Below are positions 29,777 to 41,571 of a DNA stretch of 64,000 nucleotides, one piece after another. Under the pieces are notes generated by a model. The model was not told where the DNA came from. It saw nothing but the letters and a program-made list of their open reading frames with translations, and made no database searches. The DNA is from Humidesulfovibrio sp. Lineage in GTDB: Bacteria; Desulfobacterota; Desulfovibrionia; Desulfovibrionales; Desulfovibrionaceae. A program made the translations under genes and the position numbers. Location: NCBI RefSeq assembly GCF_030689645.1, contig NZ_JAUYFU010000024.1:56807-120806 (forward strand). The letters run 5' to 3'. How positions within the stretch are numbered: the stretch's first letter is position 1; every line of letters begins with the position of its first letter.

Positions 29777-30703
29777 TCAAAGTCCGGTCAGCAGCCAGTG
29801 CCATAGGGGCAGGGTGAGGAAGGACAGCGGGGTTCCCACGCTCACCAGGAGCGCAGCCAGCTTGGGGTCCAGGCCGTTGTCCGTGGCCAGGATGCCGCCG
29901 AGGACCATGGGCGGCATTGCCGCTTCGAAAACCGTCACCTGGGCCACGGGGCCCGTGTTGCCGAAGCCCCATGCCGCCACGCCGAGCATCAAGAGCGGCG
30001 CCAGCGCAAGCTTGTAGGCCAGACCCAGGGCCAGCGGCCTGATGGCCCCCCTGGGCGGACGCAGGGTCAGCCCCAGCCCTACAGCGAACAGTGAGAGCGG
30101 CACCAGGGTCATGCCGATGTGCCTGAGGCCGCCCAGCAGCCATTCTGGAAGCGACACGCCCCGCAAGACAAGGCCCAGCAACAGGGCTTGAAAGGGCGGG
30201 AAAGATATTACACGGCGCACGGATTGCCAGACTTGAGAAGCAGCGCTCCCACCGGGGCGTTCCAAGGGCGAAAAGCGCATGGCCAGAAGCACGCCGGGCA
30301 GGGCCAGCACCAGCGAGGTGCCGGGGCTGTCGCACAAGAACGCCACATAGACGAGCTCATGGCCGAAGAAGGCCTCGATCATGGGCAGGCCGATGAAAAT
30401 GACATTGCTTAAGGCCGCTGTGAGCATGAGGCAGCCGAAGGTTTCGCGCGAGAAGCCGAAGATGCGCTGCGCCAGGCCGAAAAAGGCGAAGCCCCCGGCG
30501 AAGATAACCCAGGCCATGCTGGCGGGCAGGAGCATCTCGGCGGAGATGGGCATGGTCCGCGCGGCCAGAAAACATACGGCAGGGGTGGACAGCTGGATCA
30601 CCACGCCGGAGATGGTCCGGTCCGCGCCTTCGGGCAGTCTGCCCAGGCGGCGCAGCAGAACGCCAAGCAGCAGGCAGCTGACCGCAACGAAGAGGCTGTC
30701 CAC
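29777..30703 (-). CDS. AEC (auxin efflux carrier) family transporter
   Basis: 308 aa with 10 TM-like segments and a typical AEC two-half organisation. Confidence 0.8.
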   Translation of the reverse strand: MDSLFVAVSCLLLGVLLRRLGRLPEGADRTISGVVIQLSTPAVCFLAARTMPISAEMLLPASMAWVIFAGGFAFFGLAQRIFGFSRETFGCLMLTAALSNVIFIGLPMIEAFFGHELVYVAFLCDSPGTSLVLALPGVLLAMRFSPLERPGGSAASQVWQSVRRVISFPPFQALLLGLVLRGVSLPEWLLGGLRHIGMTLVPLSLFAVGLGLTLRPPRGAIRPLALGLAYKLALAPLLMLGVAAWGFGNTGPVAQVTVFEAAMPPMVLGGILATDNGLDPKLAALLVSVGTPLSFLTLPLWHWLLTGL

Positions 30704-30809
30704 TAGGTTCGCGCCTTCACGAAGTCATAGGCGCCAACGCCCTGCACCAGCGCAAAGCGACACGGGCAAGCGCCAGCGTCCCCGTGCATGCGCACGGACT
30801 CTGCGCTCA

Positions 30810-31616
30810 TCATTCGCCTTCCAGCATGATTTCGCCGCGCATGTAGAGGGCCGCGCGGCCCGCCATGCGCACCCTGTCGCCCTTGAGCTCGCAAAAGAGC
30901 CGCCCGCCGCGTTTCGAGGCTTGGCAGGCGTTGAGCTTCGTCTTGCCCAGGCGCGCCGCCCAGAAGGGCGTCAGCAGGCTGTGCGCCGAGCCTGTAACCG
31001 GATCTTCGGGAATGCCCACCTCCGGGCAGAACACGCGGGACACGAAATCGTATTCACCACCCGCCCGGCCTTGCGCGCTGGCGATGTTGCACACGTAGGG
31101 CAGGGTGTGGAAGGCCGCGTGGTCGGGCTGCATGGTGCGGATGACGTCCTCGTTTGCGAAGACGCAGAGCAGGTCGCGCCCGGCCCAGGCCTCCAGCGGT
31201 TCGGCCCCGAAGGCGCGAGTCATGGCCTGTGTCACCTCCACGCGCTCTGGCGGCCAGGAGGGGAAGTCCAGGGCCAGCATGTCGCCGTCCTTTTCAACGA
31301 ACAGCGGACCACTTTTGGATTCAAAGCGGATTCTCGCGCCTGTGAAGCGCAACTCGTTGAACACCACCCAGGCTGAGGCCAAGGTGGCGTGTCCGCACAG
31401 GTCTATTTCGAAGGTTGGGGTGAACCAGCGCAGGTGATAGCAGCCCGGTTCGACGGGCACAAAGAACGCGGTCTCAGAGAGGTTGTTCTCCTCGGCGATG
31501 GCGGCGAGGGTTTCGTCCGGCAGCCATGATTCAAGGGGCACCACGGCTGCGGGGTTGCCGGAAAACACGCCTTCGGCAAAGGCGTCCACCTGATAGAGCT
31601 TATACGAGCGCTGCAT
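30810..31616 (-). CDS. PhzF-family isomerase/epimerase
   Basis: 268 aa from ATG 31616, YQVDAFAEGVFSGNPAAVV...NLSETAF...FTPTFEIDLCGHATLA... Confidence 0.88.
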   Translation of the reverse strand: MQRSYKLYQVDAFAEGVFSGNPAAVVPLESWLPDETLAAIAEENNLSETAFFVPVEPGCYHLRWFTPTFEIDLCGHATLASAWVVFNELRFTGARIRFESKSGPLFVEKDGDMLALDFPSWPPERVEVTQAMTRAFGAEPLEAWAGRDLLCVFANEDVIRTMQPDHAAFHTLPYVCNIASAQGRAGGEYDFVSRVFCPEVGIPEDPVTGSAHSLLTPFWAARLGKTKLNACQASKRGGRLFCELKGDRVRMAGRAALYMRGEIMLEGE

Positions 31617-31787
31617 GTGCGGCCTCCGGTGATTATCCAGCCTGGAACTTTGGCTTTTGTCGGAGCAATGGCCCTGGTTGCGCATCATCACCAGAATGCC
31701 CCGCCCTGGCAAGACCCTTGCGAGGGCGATTTCGCGGGACGGCTCCAATGGAGCTCTCGGCTTTTGTCACGCCATCCCTGCGCAAAC

Positions 31788-31824
31788 GGCGGATTCCCAA
31801 GCGGGAACCGCTCAGAAATCCGCC
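31788..31824 (-). terminator. Possible terminator or structured element downstream of mrcA
   Basis: GGCGGATT (31788-31795) pairs with AATCCGCC (31817-31824). Inner pair is AGCGG/CCGCT. Only a 3-U run follows on the minus strand. Confidence 0.3.
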
Positions 31825-31896
31825 GTCATATATGAGGGCCTGGGGGATTGAGTATTCCTGCGGCCTGCGGAGCATATTGTCTGAGCCGTTTCTTGC

Positions 31897-34290
31897 CTAG
31901 AACCCCTGCTTCATGAGGTCAGAGTCGCTGGTGGCGCTTCCTGTTGCAGCCGCGCCCACGTCGGTGGTGCCGGGCTGGCTGCCCTCCACAAAGGGCAGGA
32001 AGTAGCTTTCTGGTGCGGGTTGTCCCTTGGAGCCAACGGCCTGGCTGTTCTCCACCCTCGCCCAGACGATGCCTTCGGGCGGCAGGAAGTCGTCGGGCGG
32101 GTAGCGGTCCTCGATGACCTTGCGGTATTCGAGCCAGATGGGCAGGGCGGTGCGCCCGCCGGAGCCCTCGCGTCCCATGGATTGCAGCTGGTCGTAGCCG
32201 ACGTATACGCCGGTGAGCAGATGCGGGGTGAAGCCGATAAACCAGGCGTCCTGCTCATTGTTGGTTGTGCCGGTCTTGCCTGCAAGGGGGCGGCCCAGAA
32301 CTTTGGCCGCGCCGCCGGTACCCACGTTGATGACTTCCTTCAACATGGAGGCCATGAGGAAGGCGTTCTGCGGGCTGATGGCCTCGACGTATTCCGGCTC
32401 GGACTTGTACAGGGTTTCGCCCCAGGCGCTCTTGACGCTCAGGACCAGGCGGGGCTTCACGTAGCTGCCGCCGCGGGCGAAGGCCGTGTAGGCTTGGCAG
32501 AGGTTGGTCAGGGTGACGGCGGAGGATCCCAGCGCGATGGACAGGTTTTCGGGCATTTCGCTTTCGATGCCGAGGGCGCGCGCGCGTTCGATGACGGTGC
32601 GCACGCCGATTTTTTGGGCCACGCGGATGGTGACGAGGTTGCGTGACTTCGCCAGCGCGGTGGAGAGCAGCGTGGGGCCGTAGAAGATGTCCTCGTAGTT
32701 CTCCGGGCGCCAGATGGTTCCGGCCTCGGCGTTAGCGAAGACGATGGGCGCGTCCATTATCACGCTGGCCGGCGTGAAGCCGTGGTCCAGGGCGGCGCTG
32801 TAAACGACGGGCTTGAAGGACGAGCCCGGCTGACGCTTGGCCTGGGTGGCGCGGTTGAACTGGCTTTTTTCGAAGCTGAAGCCGCCCACCAGGGCAACCA
32901 CCTCGCCGGTTTCCGGCATCATGGAGACCAGCGCCCCTTCGGGCCCGGCCTCGCGCTCCAGGTTGAGCACGAAGTGCCCGTTCCCCTTGGCTTCACGCAC
33001 GGTGACCCAGACAACATCGCCCTTGCGCATGATGCGCGAGGGATCGCCGGGCACTGGGGCCGCGTCGCCGGTGACGCTTTTTTTCGCGTTGCGGCACCAC
33101 ATGGTGCTGCTGGCCGGAATTTCTCCGGTGTTCTGGCCAAAGCGAACCGTGGCCTTGTCCTTGGCGGAGTCCACCACCAGGGCACGCATCCAGGTGCCGG
33201 GCTTGATGGCTTCGCCGGTGCGGCCCTCGTCCAGAAAGCGGTTGTATTCCTCGGGCTTCAGGCGCGCTGCCGGACCTTCCCAGCCCTTGCGCTTGGCCAC
33301 ATCGGCCAGGCCACGGCGCATGGCGTTGTCGGCTGCGATCTGGTGCGGAATCTCACAGGCGGTTTCAACGGTGAGGCCGCCCTGGTAGACTTCGTCCTCG
33401 CCGTATTTGTCGATGAGGAAGCGGCGCACTTCTTCAAGGTAGTAGGCGCCTACCTTCCAGGAGTGGTCCTCCATGCTCTTGTACACCAGCTTCTGATTCA
33501 GCGCCTGGGTGAACTGGGCCTGGGTTATCCAGCCCTGGGAGAGCATCTGCTCCAGCACGTATTTCTGGCGGGACTTGGCGGCCTCCGGGTCGGAGAGCGG
33601 GTTGTAGCGGCTGGGGGCCTGGGGCAGGCCAGCCAGAATGGCGGACTCGGCCAGGGTCAGGTCCTTCACGTGCTTGCCGAAGAACTCCCGTGCGGCGGCT
33701 TCAACGCCATACGCCCTGGAGCCCAGGAAAATCTGGTTCAGGTAGATGGTGAGGATCTCGTCCTTGGTGAGGTAGTTTTCGAGCCGGTAGGCCAGCACGG
33801 CCTCTTTGATCTTGCGCTCGAAACTTTTCTCGGGCGAGAGCAGGAGGCGCTTGACCACTTGCTGGGTTATGGTGCTGCCGCCCTGCTTGATGCCGCCAGC
33901 CTTGAGGTTCATGAGCGAGGCGCGGAAAATGGCCCAGGGGTCGATGCCGTCATGTTTGTAGAAACCGGAGTCCTCCGCCGCCAGGAAGGCCTTGGGCAGA
34001 AAGGCTGGCATGTCCTGAAGGCGCACCAGGAAGCGTTTTTCCTTGTAGAAATAGCCAAGCACTCGGCCCTCGCGCGAGAGAACCGTGGTCACCAGGGGCG
34101 GCTTGTAGTCCGTGATGTTGCGGAAGCCCGGCAGGTCGCGGGAGAAAAACCAGAAGGCCAGGGCTGCGCACAGCACAGCTCCTGCGGGCACGGCGAGGAT
34201 GGTCCAGATAATCTTGCGCTTGAACCTGCGGCTCCATCTCATGGACGATACCCTTTTGGTGGCGGTCTTTTTTGCATTTTTCTTCGGCAT
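31897..34290 (-). CDS. mrcA: Penicillin-binding protein 1A (bifunctional transglycosylase/transpeptidase)
   Basis: 797 aa with N-terminal TM helix, GT51 motifs (EDSGFYKHDGID, GGSTITQQ) and transpeptidase motifs SSFKP and KTGTT. Confidence 0.95.
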   Translation of the reverse strand: MPKKNAKKTATKRVSSMRWSRRFKRKIIWTILAVPAGAVLCAALAFWFFSRDLPGFRNITDYKPPLVTTVLSREGRVLGYFYKEKRFLVRLQDMPAFLPKAFLAAEDSGFYKHDGIDPWAIFRASLMNLKAGGIKQGGSTITQQVVKRLLLSPEKSFERKIKEAVLAYRLENYLTKDEILTIYLNQIFLGSRAYGVEAAAREFFGKHVKDLTLAESAILAGLPQAPSRYNPLSDPEAAKSRQKYVLEQMLSQGWITQAQFTQALNQKLVYKSMEDHSWKVGAYYLEEVRRFLIDKYGEDEVYQGGLTVETACEIPHQIAADNAMRRGLADVAKRKGWEGPAARLKPEEYNRFLDEGRTGEAIKPGTWMRALVVDSAKDKATVRFGQNTGEIPASSTMWCRNAKKSVTGDAAPVPGDPSRIMRKGDVVWVTVREAKGNGHFVLNLEREAGPEGALVSMMPETGEVVALVGGFSFEKSQFNRATQAKRQPGSSFKPVVYSAALDHGFTPASVIMDAPIVFANAEAGTIWRPENYEDIFYGPTLLSTALAKSRNLVTIRVAQKIGVRTVIERARALGIESEMPENLSIALGSSAVTLTNLCQAYTAFARGGSYVKPRLVLSVKSAWGETLYKSEPEYVEAISPQNAFLMASMLKEVINVGTGGAAKVLGRPLAGKTGTTNNEQDAWFIGFTPHLLTGVYVGYDQLQSMGREGSGGRTALPIWLEYRKVIEDRYPPDDFLPPEGIVWARVENSQAVGSKGQPAPESYFLPFVEGSQPGTTDVGAAATGSATSDSDLMKQGF

Positions 34291-34830
34291 TTAACGTTGC
34301 TCCGGCAGGCCCCAGGCTCTGCGCAGTTCCCGGTATGTGCGGCGGATGTCCGCGCTTGTCATGTTGAGTCGTCTCATAAGCCCAGCCCCGCCGCCGCCTG
34401 CTTCTCGTTGGGCTTGGCAGTTGCTTGACTCGAAATACAGTTCCCGCCCATGTCGGAGCCAGAAGGGATACAGCAGGCAGTAGTAGGGGCGCGATTGTCG
34501 CGGCAACCCGCAGCCCGCGCTTCCCAGCAGTTCGCAGGATCCCTGCGGGGTTATTGCCAGCCGGTCGTGCGAGCCGTCTGGAGGGAACAGGCTGTTGATG
34601 CAGTCCGCTTCATTCGGGAACAGGCGGTTGAGGTTATCCAGGAAAGGCTGCGTGTTGTGTTGGCGAAAGAAGTGTTCCGGCTTTGCCCCTGCTTTTTCCA
34701 TGACGGCGCGCTCGTCGGCCGACAGCGGGAAGCAGTATTCTTCCTGTCCGGGCACCAGGGTGCAGCAGCTTCCGTTTTGTTCGCCGCAACGGGCGCATAC
34801 ATCTGAATCGGAACCGGCGTCTGTGTCCAT
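34291..34830 (-). CDS. YkgJ-family cysteine-cluster (CxxCxxCC-type) protein
   Basis: 179 aa with N-terminal CARCGEQNGSCC and further Cys pairs. The stop abuts the mrcA ATG. Confidence 0.7.
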   Translation of the reverse strand: MDTDAGSDSDVCARCGEQNGSCCTLVPGQEEYCFPLSADERAVMEKAGAKPEHFFRQHNTQPFLDNLNRLFPNEADCINSLFPPDGSHDRLAITPQGSCELLGSAGCGLPRQSRPYYCLLYPFWLRHGRELYFESSNCQAQREAGGGGAGLMRRLNMTSADIRRTYRELRRAWGLPEQR

Positions 34831-34833
34831 GGG

Positions 34834-35844
34834 CTACTCCGGCGCAAAGCGCACCCGGCCCTTCCCCAGCAGGTCGTGCACATGCACCAGACCCACCAGA
34901 AAGCCGTTTTCGTCCAAAACCGGCAAGACGGTAATCTGCCGGGCCTCCATGAGGTCGAGCACCTGGGCCGCGCTGGACGTGACCGTCACGCTGCGCGGAT
35001 CTCTGGTCATTACCTCGGCCGCCGGGCGAACCGGGTCGAAGCCGCTTTTGCAGAGCATGCGCCGCACGTCGCCATCGGTGAGCACGCCGGTGAGCCTTCC
35101 GTCCGCGTCCGTCAGCGCCGCGAGGCCGAAGCCCCCGGTGTTGAGCGCGGCCAGAGCCTCAGTCAGCGGCGCCGAATCGCGAGTTACAGGCAGGTTCTTC
35201 GTGTGCATGAGGCTGGCGATCTTCTGTGACAGGCGCGCGCCCAGCGCCCCGGCGGGATGCACGCGCTTGAAGTCCTTTGTGCCGAAATCCTTGATGCGCA
35301 TGAGGCAGACGGCCAGCGCGTCGCCCACGGCGAGAGCCGCTGTGGTGCTTGCCGTGGGGGCCAGGTTCATGGGGCAGGCCTCGCGCGGAACGCGCACCTC
35401 GATGACCACGTCGGCCAGGCGCGCAAGGGTGGAGTCGGCCCCGGAGGTGAGGCCCACGATGACCGCGCCGAGGCTCTTGAGCGCTGGCAGAAGCGTGTTC
35501 AGCTCGTCGGTTTCGCCGCTATTCGACAGGGCCAGCACCACGTCGCCGGGGCGGATCATGCCCAGGTCGCCGTGGGCGCCCTCAACCGGGTGCAGGAAGA
35601 ATGAGGCTGTGCCCGTGCTGGACAAAGTGGCCGCGATCTTGCGTCCCACCAGGCCGGACTTGCCGATGCCGGAAACCACCACGCGGCCAGTGCAGGCAGC
35701 CAGGCGTTCAAGAGCTTCCTCGAAGCCGCCGTTCAGCTGGTTGCGAACTGCGGCAAGGCCTTCGATCTCGATGTCGAGCACCTCGCGCGCCAGTTCCAGC
35801 CAGCCGCCGGGCGGGGGGGTGCCGTTGTGTTCGCCGCGGCTCAT
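34834..35844 (-). CDS. kdsD: KpsF/GutQ-family arabinose-5-phosphate isomerase (SIS plus two CBS domains)
   Basis: 336 aa from ATG 35844, which follows GGGAGG. It has GRVVVSGIGKSG and a C-terminal CBS pair. Confidence 0.88.
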   Translation of the reverse strand: MSRGEHNGTPPPGGWLELAREVLDIEIEGLAAVRNQLNGGFEEALERLAACTGRVVVSGIGKSGLVGRKIAATLSSTGTASFFLHPVEGAHGDLGMIRPGDVVLALSNSGETDELNTLLPALKSLGAVIVGLTSGADSTLARLADVVIEVRVPREACPMNLAPTASTTAALAVGDALAVCLMRIKDFGTKDFKRVHPAGALGARLSQKIASLMHTKNLPVTRDSAPLTEALAALNTGGFGLAALTDADGRLTGVLTDGDVRRMLCKSGFDPVRPAAEVMTRDPRSVTVTSSAAQVLDLMEARQITVLPVLDENGFLVGLVHVHDLLGKGRVRFAPE

Positions 35845-35925
35845 GGCTGGCCTCCCTTGTGTGGTCTGGTCAATCTCGCCGCCCGCAGAACCGTGCACGG
35901 ATCGCCTTTCCAAGACACCCTGGCG

Positions 35926-37329
35926 CTATCCCGTGACCTTGCTCTCATTTTCTAGGCACATCTTGCCCTGATGGTTGCAGGGCTCGATGGGATAGTTCCC
36001 GTCGAAGCAGGCCAGGCAGTGGGCGTTCTTTTCGTTCACGGAATCGAGCAGGCCCGGTATGGACAGGTAGTGCAGGCTGTCCAGTCCGATGAACCGGGCG
36101 ATGTCGTTCACCGGAGTGGTGGCTGCGATGAGTTCGCCCTTGCTCGAGAAGTCGATGCCGTAGAAGCAGGGGAAGCGGATGGCAGGGCAGGACACGCGCA
36201 TGTGGATCTCGCGTGCGCCGAGCTCGCGCAGTTTTTTTACGCGGGTGCGGATGGTGGTCCCGCGCACGATGGAGTCCTCGACGATGAGGATGCGCTTGCC
36301 TTCGATCATGCTGCGCACGGGGTTCAGCTTCACGCGCACGCTGAAGTTGCGCATGTCCTGGCTGGGCTGGATGAAGGTGCGGCCAACATAGTGGTTGCGG
36401 ATCATTGCCAGCTCCAGCGGCAGGCCCGAGGCTTGGGAATAGCCCACGGCGGCGTAGTTGCCGGAGTCTGGGAAGGGCATGACGAAGTCCGCGTCCACCG
36501 GGGCCTCTTTGGCCAGGGTCGCGCCCATGGTCTTGCGGCGTTCGTACACACCCTCGTCAAAGACCATGGAGTCGGGCCGGGCGAAGTAGATGAGCTCGAA
36601 AATGCACTGGCGTTTCGGGGCCTTTTCCAGCAGGCGATGGCTGGATAGGCGTCCGCCCTCCACCACGAGCATCTCGCCGGGCTCCACCTGGCGGATGTAC
36701 TCGGCCTCGATGAGGTCAAAGGCGCAGGTTTCGGAGGCGAAGACGTAGTTGTCGTTCAGCCGTCCCAGCACAAGCGGGCGCACTCCGTGGGGGTCGCGCA
36801 CGGCGATGAGCTTGTTGTTGGCCATGATGAGCAGCGAGTAAGCGCCCCTGACCCTTGCGCACGCCTTGAGGATGGCCTCTTCGATGGTGCTGCCGTTCAG
36901 GTATTTGGCGATGAGGTGCACGAACACTTCCGTGTCCATGGTGGTCTGAAAGATGGAGCCCTGGCTTTCCAGTTCGTTGCGCAGCTCAAGGGTGTTCACC
37001 AGGTTGCCGTTGTGGCCGACTGCGATATGCCAATCCTTGAAGCGAACCAGGAAGGGCTGGGCGTTTCTGATGAGCGACACGCCGGTGGTGGAGTAGCGGA
37101 TATGTCCCAGGGCGATCTGGCCCTTGAGCTCTTTGCCCAGGTGCCGCTCGTTGAACACGTCGTGCACCAGGCCCATGCCCCGGTGCTCGCGTATGGCGCC
37201 GCCGTCCCAGGTGACGATGCCGGCCGATTCCTGCCCGCGGTGCTGCAGGGCGTAGAGTCCGAAATAGGCCATGCGCGCGGCCTCCTGATGGCCATAAATG
37301 CCGAAGAGACCGCAATACTCGCGTTTCAT
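35926..37329 (-). CDS. purF: Amidophosphoribosyltransferase
   Basis: 467 aa from ATG 37329. MKREYCGLFGIYGH... contains the Ntn catalytic Cys. The PRTase motif is ILIVEDSIVRGTT and there are C-terminal Cys ligands. Confidence 0.95.
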   Translation of the reverse strand: MKREYCGLFGIYGHQEAARMAYFGLYALQHRGQESAGIVTWDGGAIREHRGMGLVHDVFNERHLGKELKGQIALGHIRYSTTGVSLIRNAQPFLVRFKDWHIAVGHNGNLVNTLELRNELESQGSIFQTTMDTEVFVHLIAKYLNGSTIEEAILKACARVRGAYSLLIMANNKLIAVRDPHGVRPLVLGRLNDNYVFASETCAFDLIEAEYIRQVEPGEMLVVEGGRLSSHRLLEKAPKRQCIFELIYFARPDSMVFDEGVYERRKTMGATLAKEAPVDADFVMPFPDSGNYAAVGYSQASGLPLELAMIRNHYVGRTFIQPSQDMRNFSVRVKLNPVRSMIEGKRILIVEDSIVRGTTIRTRVKKLRELGAREIHMRVSCPAIRFPCFYGIDFSSKGELIAATTPVNDIARFIGLDSLHYLSIPGLLDSVNEKNAHCLACFDGNYPIEPCNHQGKMCLENESKVTG

Positions 37330-37434
37330 GGTGTGTCCTTGAGTTTTTGTCCGGGCCGGGGAACAACGCCTCGCGCACCGGGAGCGGTCAATCCGCTCCC
37401 GGCCGCCCGGCCCCTGGCGCAAAAGCGCCTGGAG

Positions 37435-40668
<3,234 letters not shown>

Positions 40669-40788
40669 TTTTCCGCCGCTTGGGTGAAAGGTTTCTGCCG
40701 TCCCTTGAAACGGGAGAGTTCTACTCGATAAGCACCCGTCAGGCAAGAGGCAAGGAGTTTGCCCCCCCGGAGGAAGGGCCGGACCGCG

Positions 40789-40817
40789 TTGACAATCGGT
40801 GTTTGGTTAATTATATT
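40789..40817 (+). promoter_or_regulatory. Near-consensus sigma70-type promoter for the lipoprotein gene
   Basis: TTGACA (40789-40794), 17-nt spacer, TATATT (40812-40817). It sits in a short AT-rich island about 40 nt upstream of ATG 40856. Confidence 0.6.
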
Positions 40818-40855
40818 TATTGTATTGGTCATAAAAGTTGTCCAAGGAGCGTTCC

Positions 40856-41392
40856 ATGATTCGCTCAAAAGCCGTGCTTCGACTTTTGTTCACGCTGTGC
40901 CTGCCCCTTTTCCTCGCATCATGCGCTTCGCAAAAGACTGCCAGCATTGCTGCGGCGCAGCAGGAGGTGCAGTTTCTTGATTCTGGCAGCTTTGACCGCA
41001 AACTTTCGTCCGCCCTGTCGGCAGATCAGCCGCAGGTGACGGTGGTATTCCCAGCCGCAATAACGTTGAACAACATACCAGAACGTCTGGATAAGTGGCT
41101 TGGCAAGGTGGAGAAGTTCGGTGGCACGGTGGAGATTCAGGCCGAGCCTGAGGCCAGCCGGGGGCTCATCTCCGAGATTTTTGGCCTGTTCATCAAGGCC
41201 TACGACGCCATCGAAGAAGCGGTGATTTATTCGTCCGCCAAGCATTACAACGTAATGATCTACTATAAGGCCCAGACCGGCCTCGTCACCCGGGTCTGCT
41301 TCGTGCGGAAGCCTGCCGGACTGAAGCCAGCGGAATCAAGCTCTGCCGTTTCTGCGCCAGAGCCTGCACCAGAGCCTGCGCCGGAGAAATAA
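40856..41392 (+). CDS. Lipoprotein of unknown function
   Basis: ATG 40856 follows AAGGAG. Signal peptide and lipobox are LFTLCLPLFLASC. The C-terminal tail is PEPAPEPAPEK. Confidence 0.8.
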   Translation: MIRSKAVLRLLFTLCLPLFLASCASQKTASIAAAQQEVQFLDSGSFDRKLSSALSADQPQVTVVFPAAITLNNIPERLDKWLGKVEKFGGTVEIQAEPEASRGLISEIFGLFIKAYDAIEEAVIYSSAKHYNVMIYYKAQTGLVTRVCFVRKPAGLKPAESSSAVSAPEPAPEPAPEK

Positions 41393-41474
41393 CGGCACCA
41401 CCCTAAAGGCTTGGCTGCGCGGGGTCGATGAGACAGGCAAGAGCTAGACCTCTTGAAAAACATACCCTTGGTTC

Positions 41475-41522
41475 AAGGCCGCTGGCGGAAGATGGGCTTC
41501 CGTTGGCGGCCTTGGGCTTTTT
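41475..41522 (+). terminator. Intrinsic terminator after the lipoprotein gene
   Basis: 17-bp stem (aaggccgctggcggaag / cttccgttggcggcctt, three G-U pairs), loop atggg, then gggcttttt. Confidence 0.8.
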
Positions 41523-41571
41523 CGGGTTCTGCCGAATGCCCTTTTGTCTCTCTAAGGGGCGGCCGGGTGGA

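Noticed and set aside
29772-29785. gggattcaaagtcc resembling a tRNA T-arm
   Set aside because: No acceptor, D or anticodon arms can be drawn around it, and it overlaps the 3' end of the AEC transporter gene.
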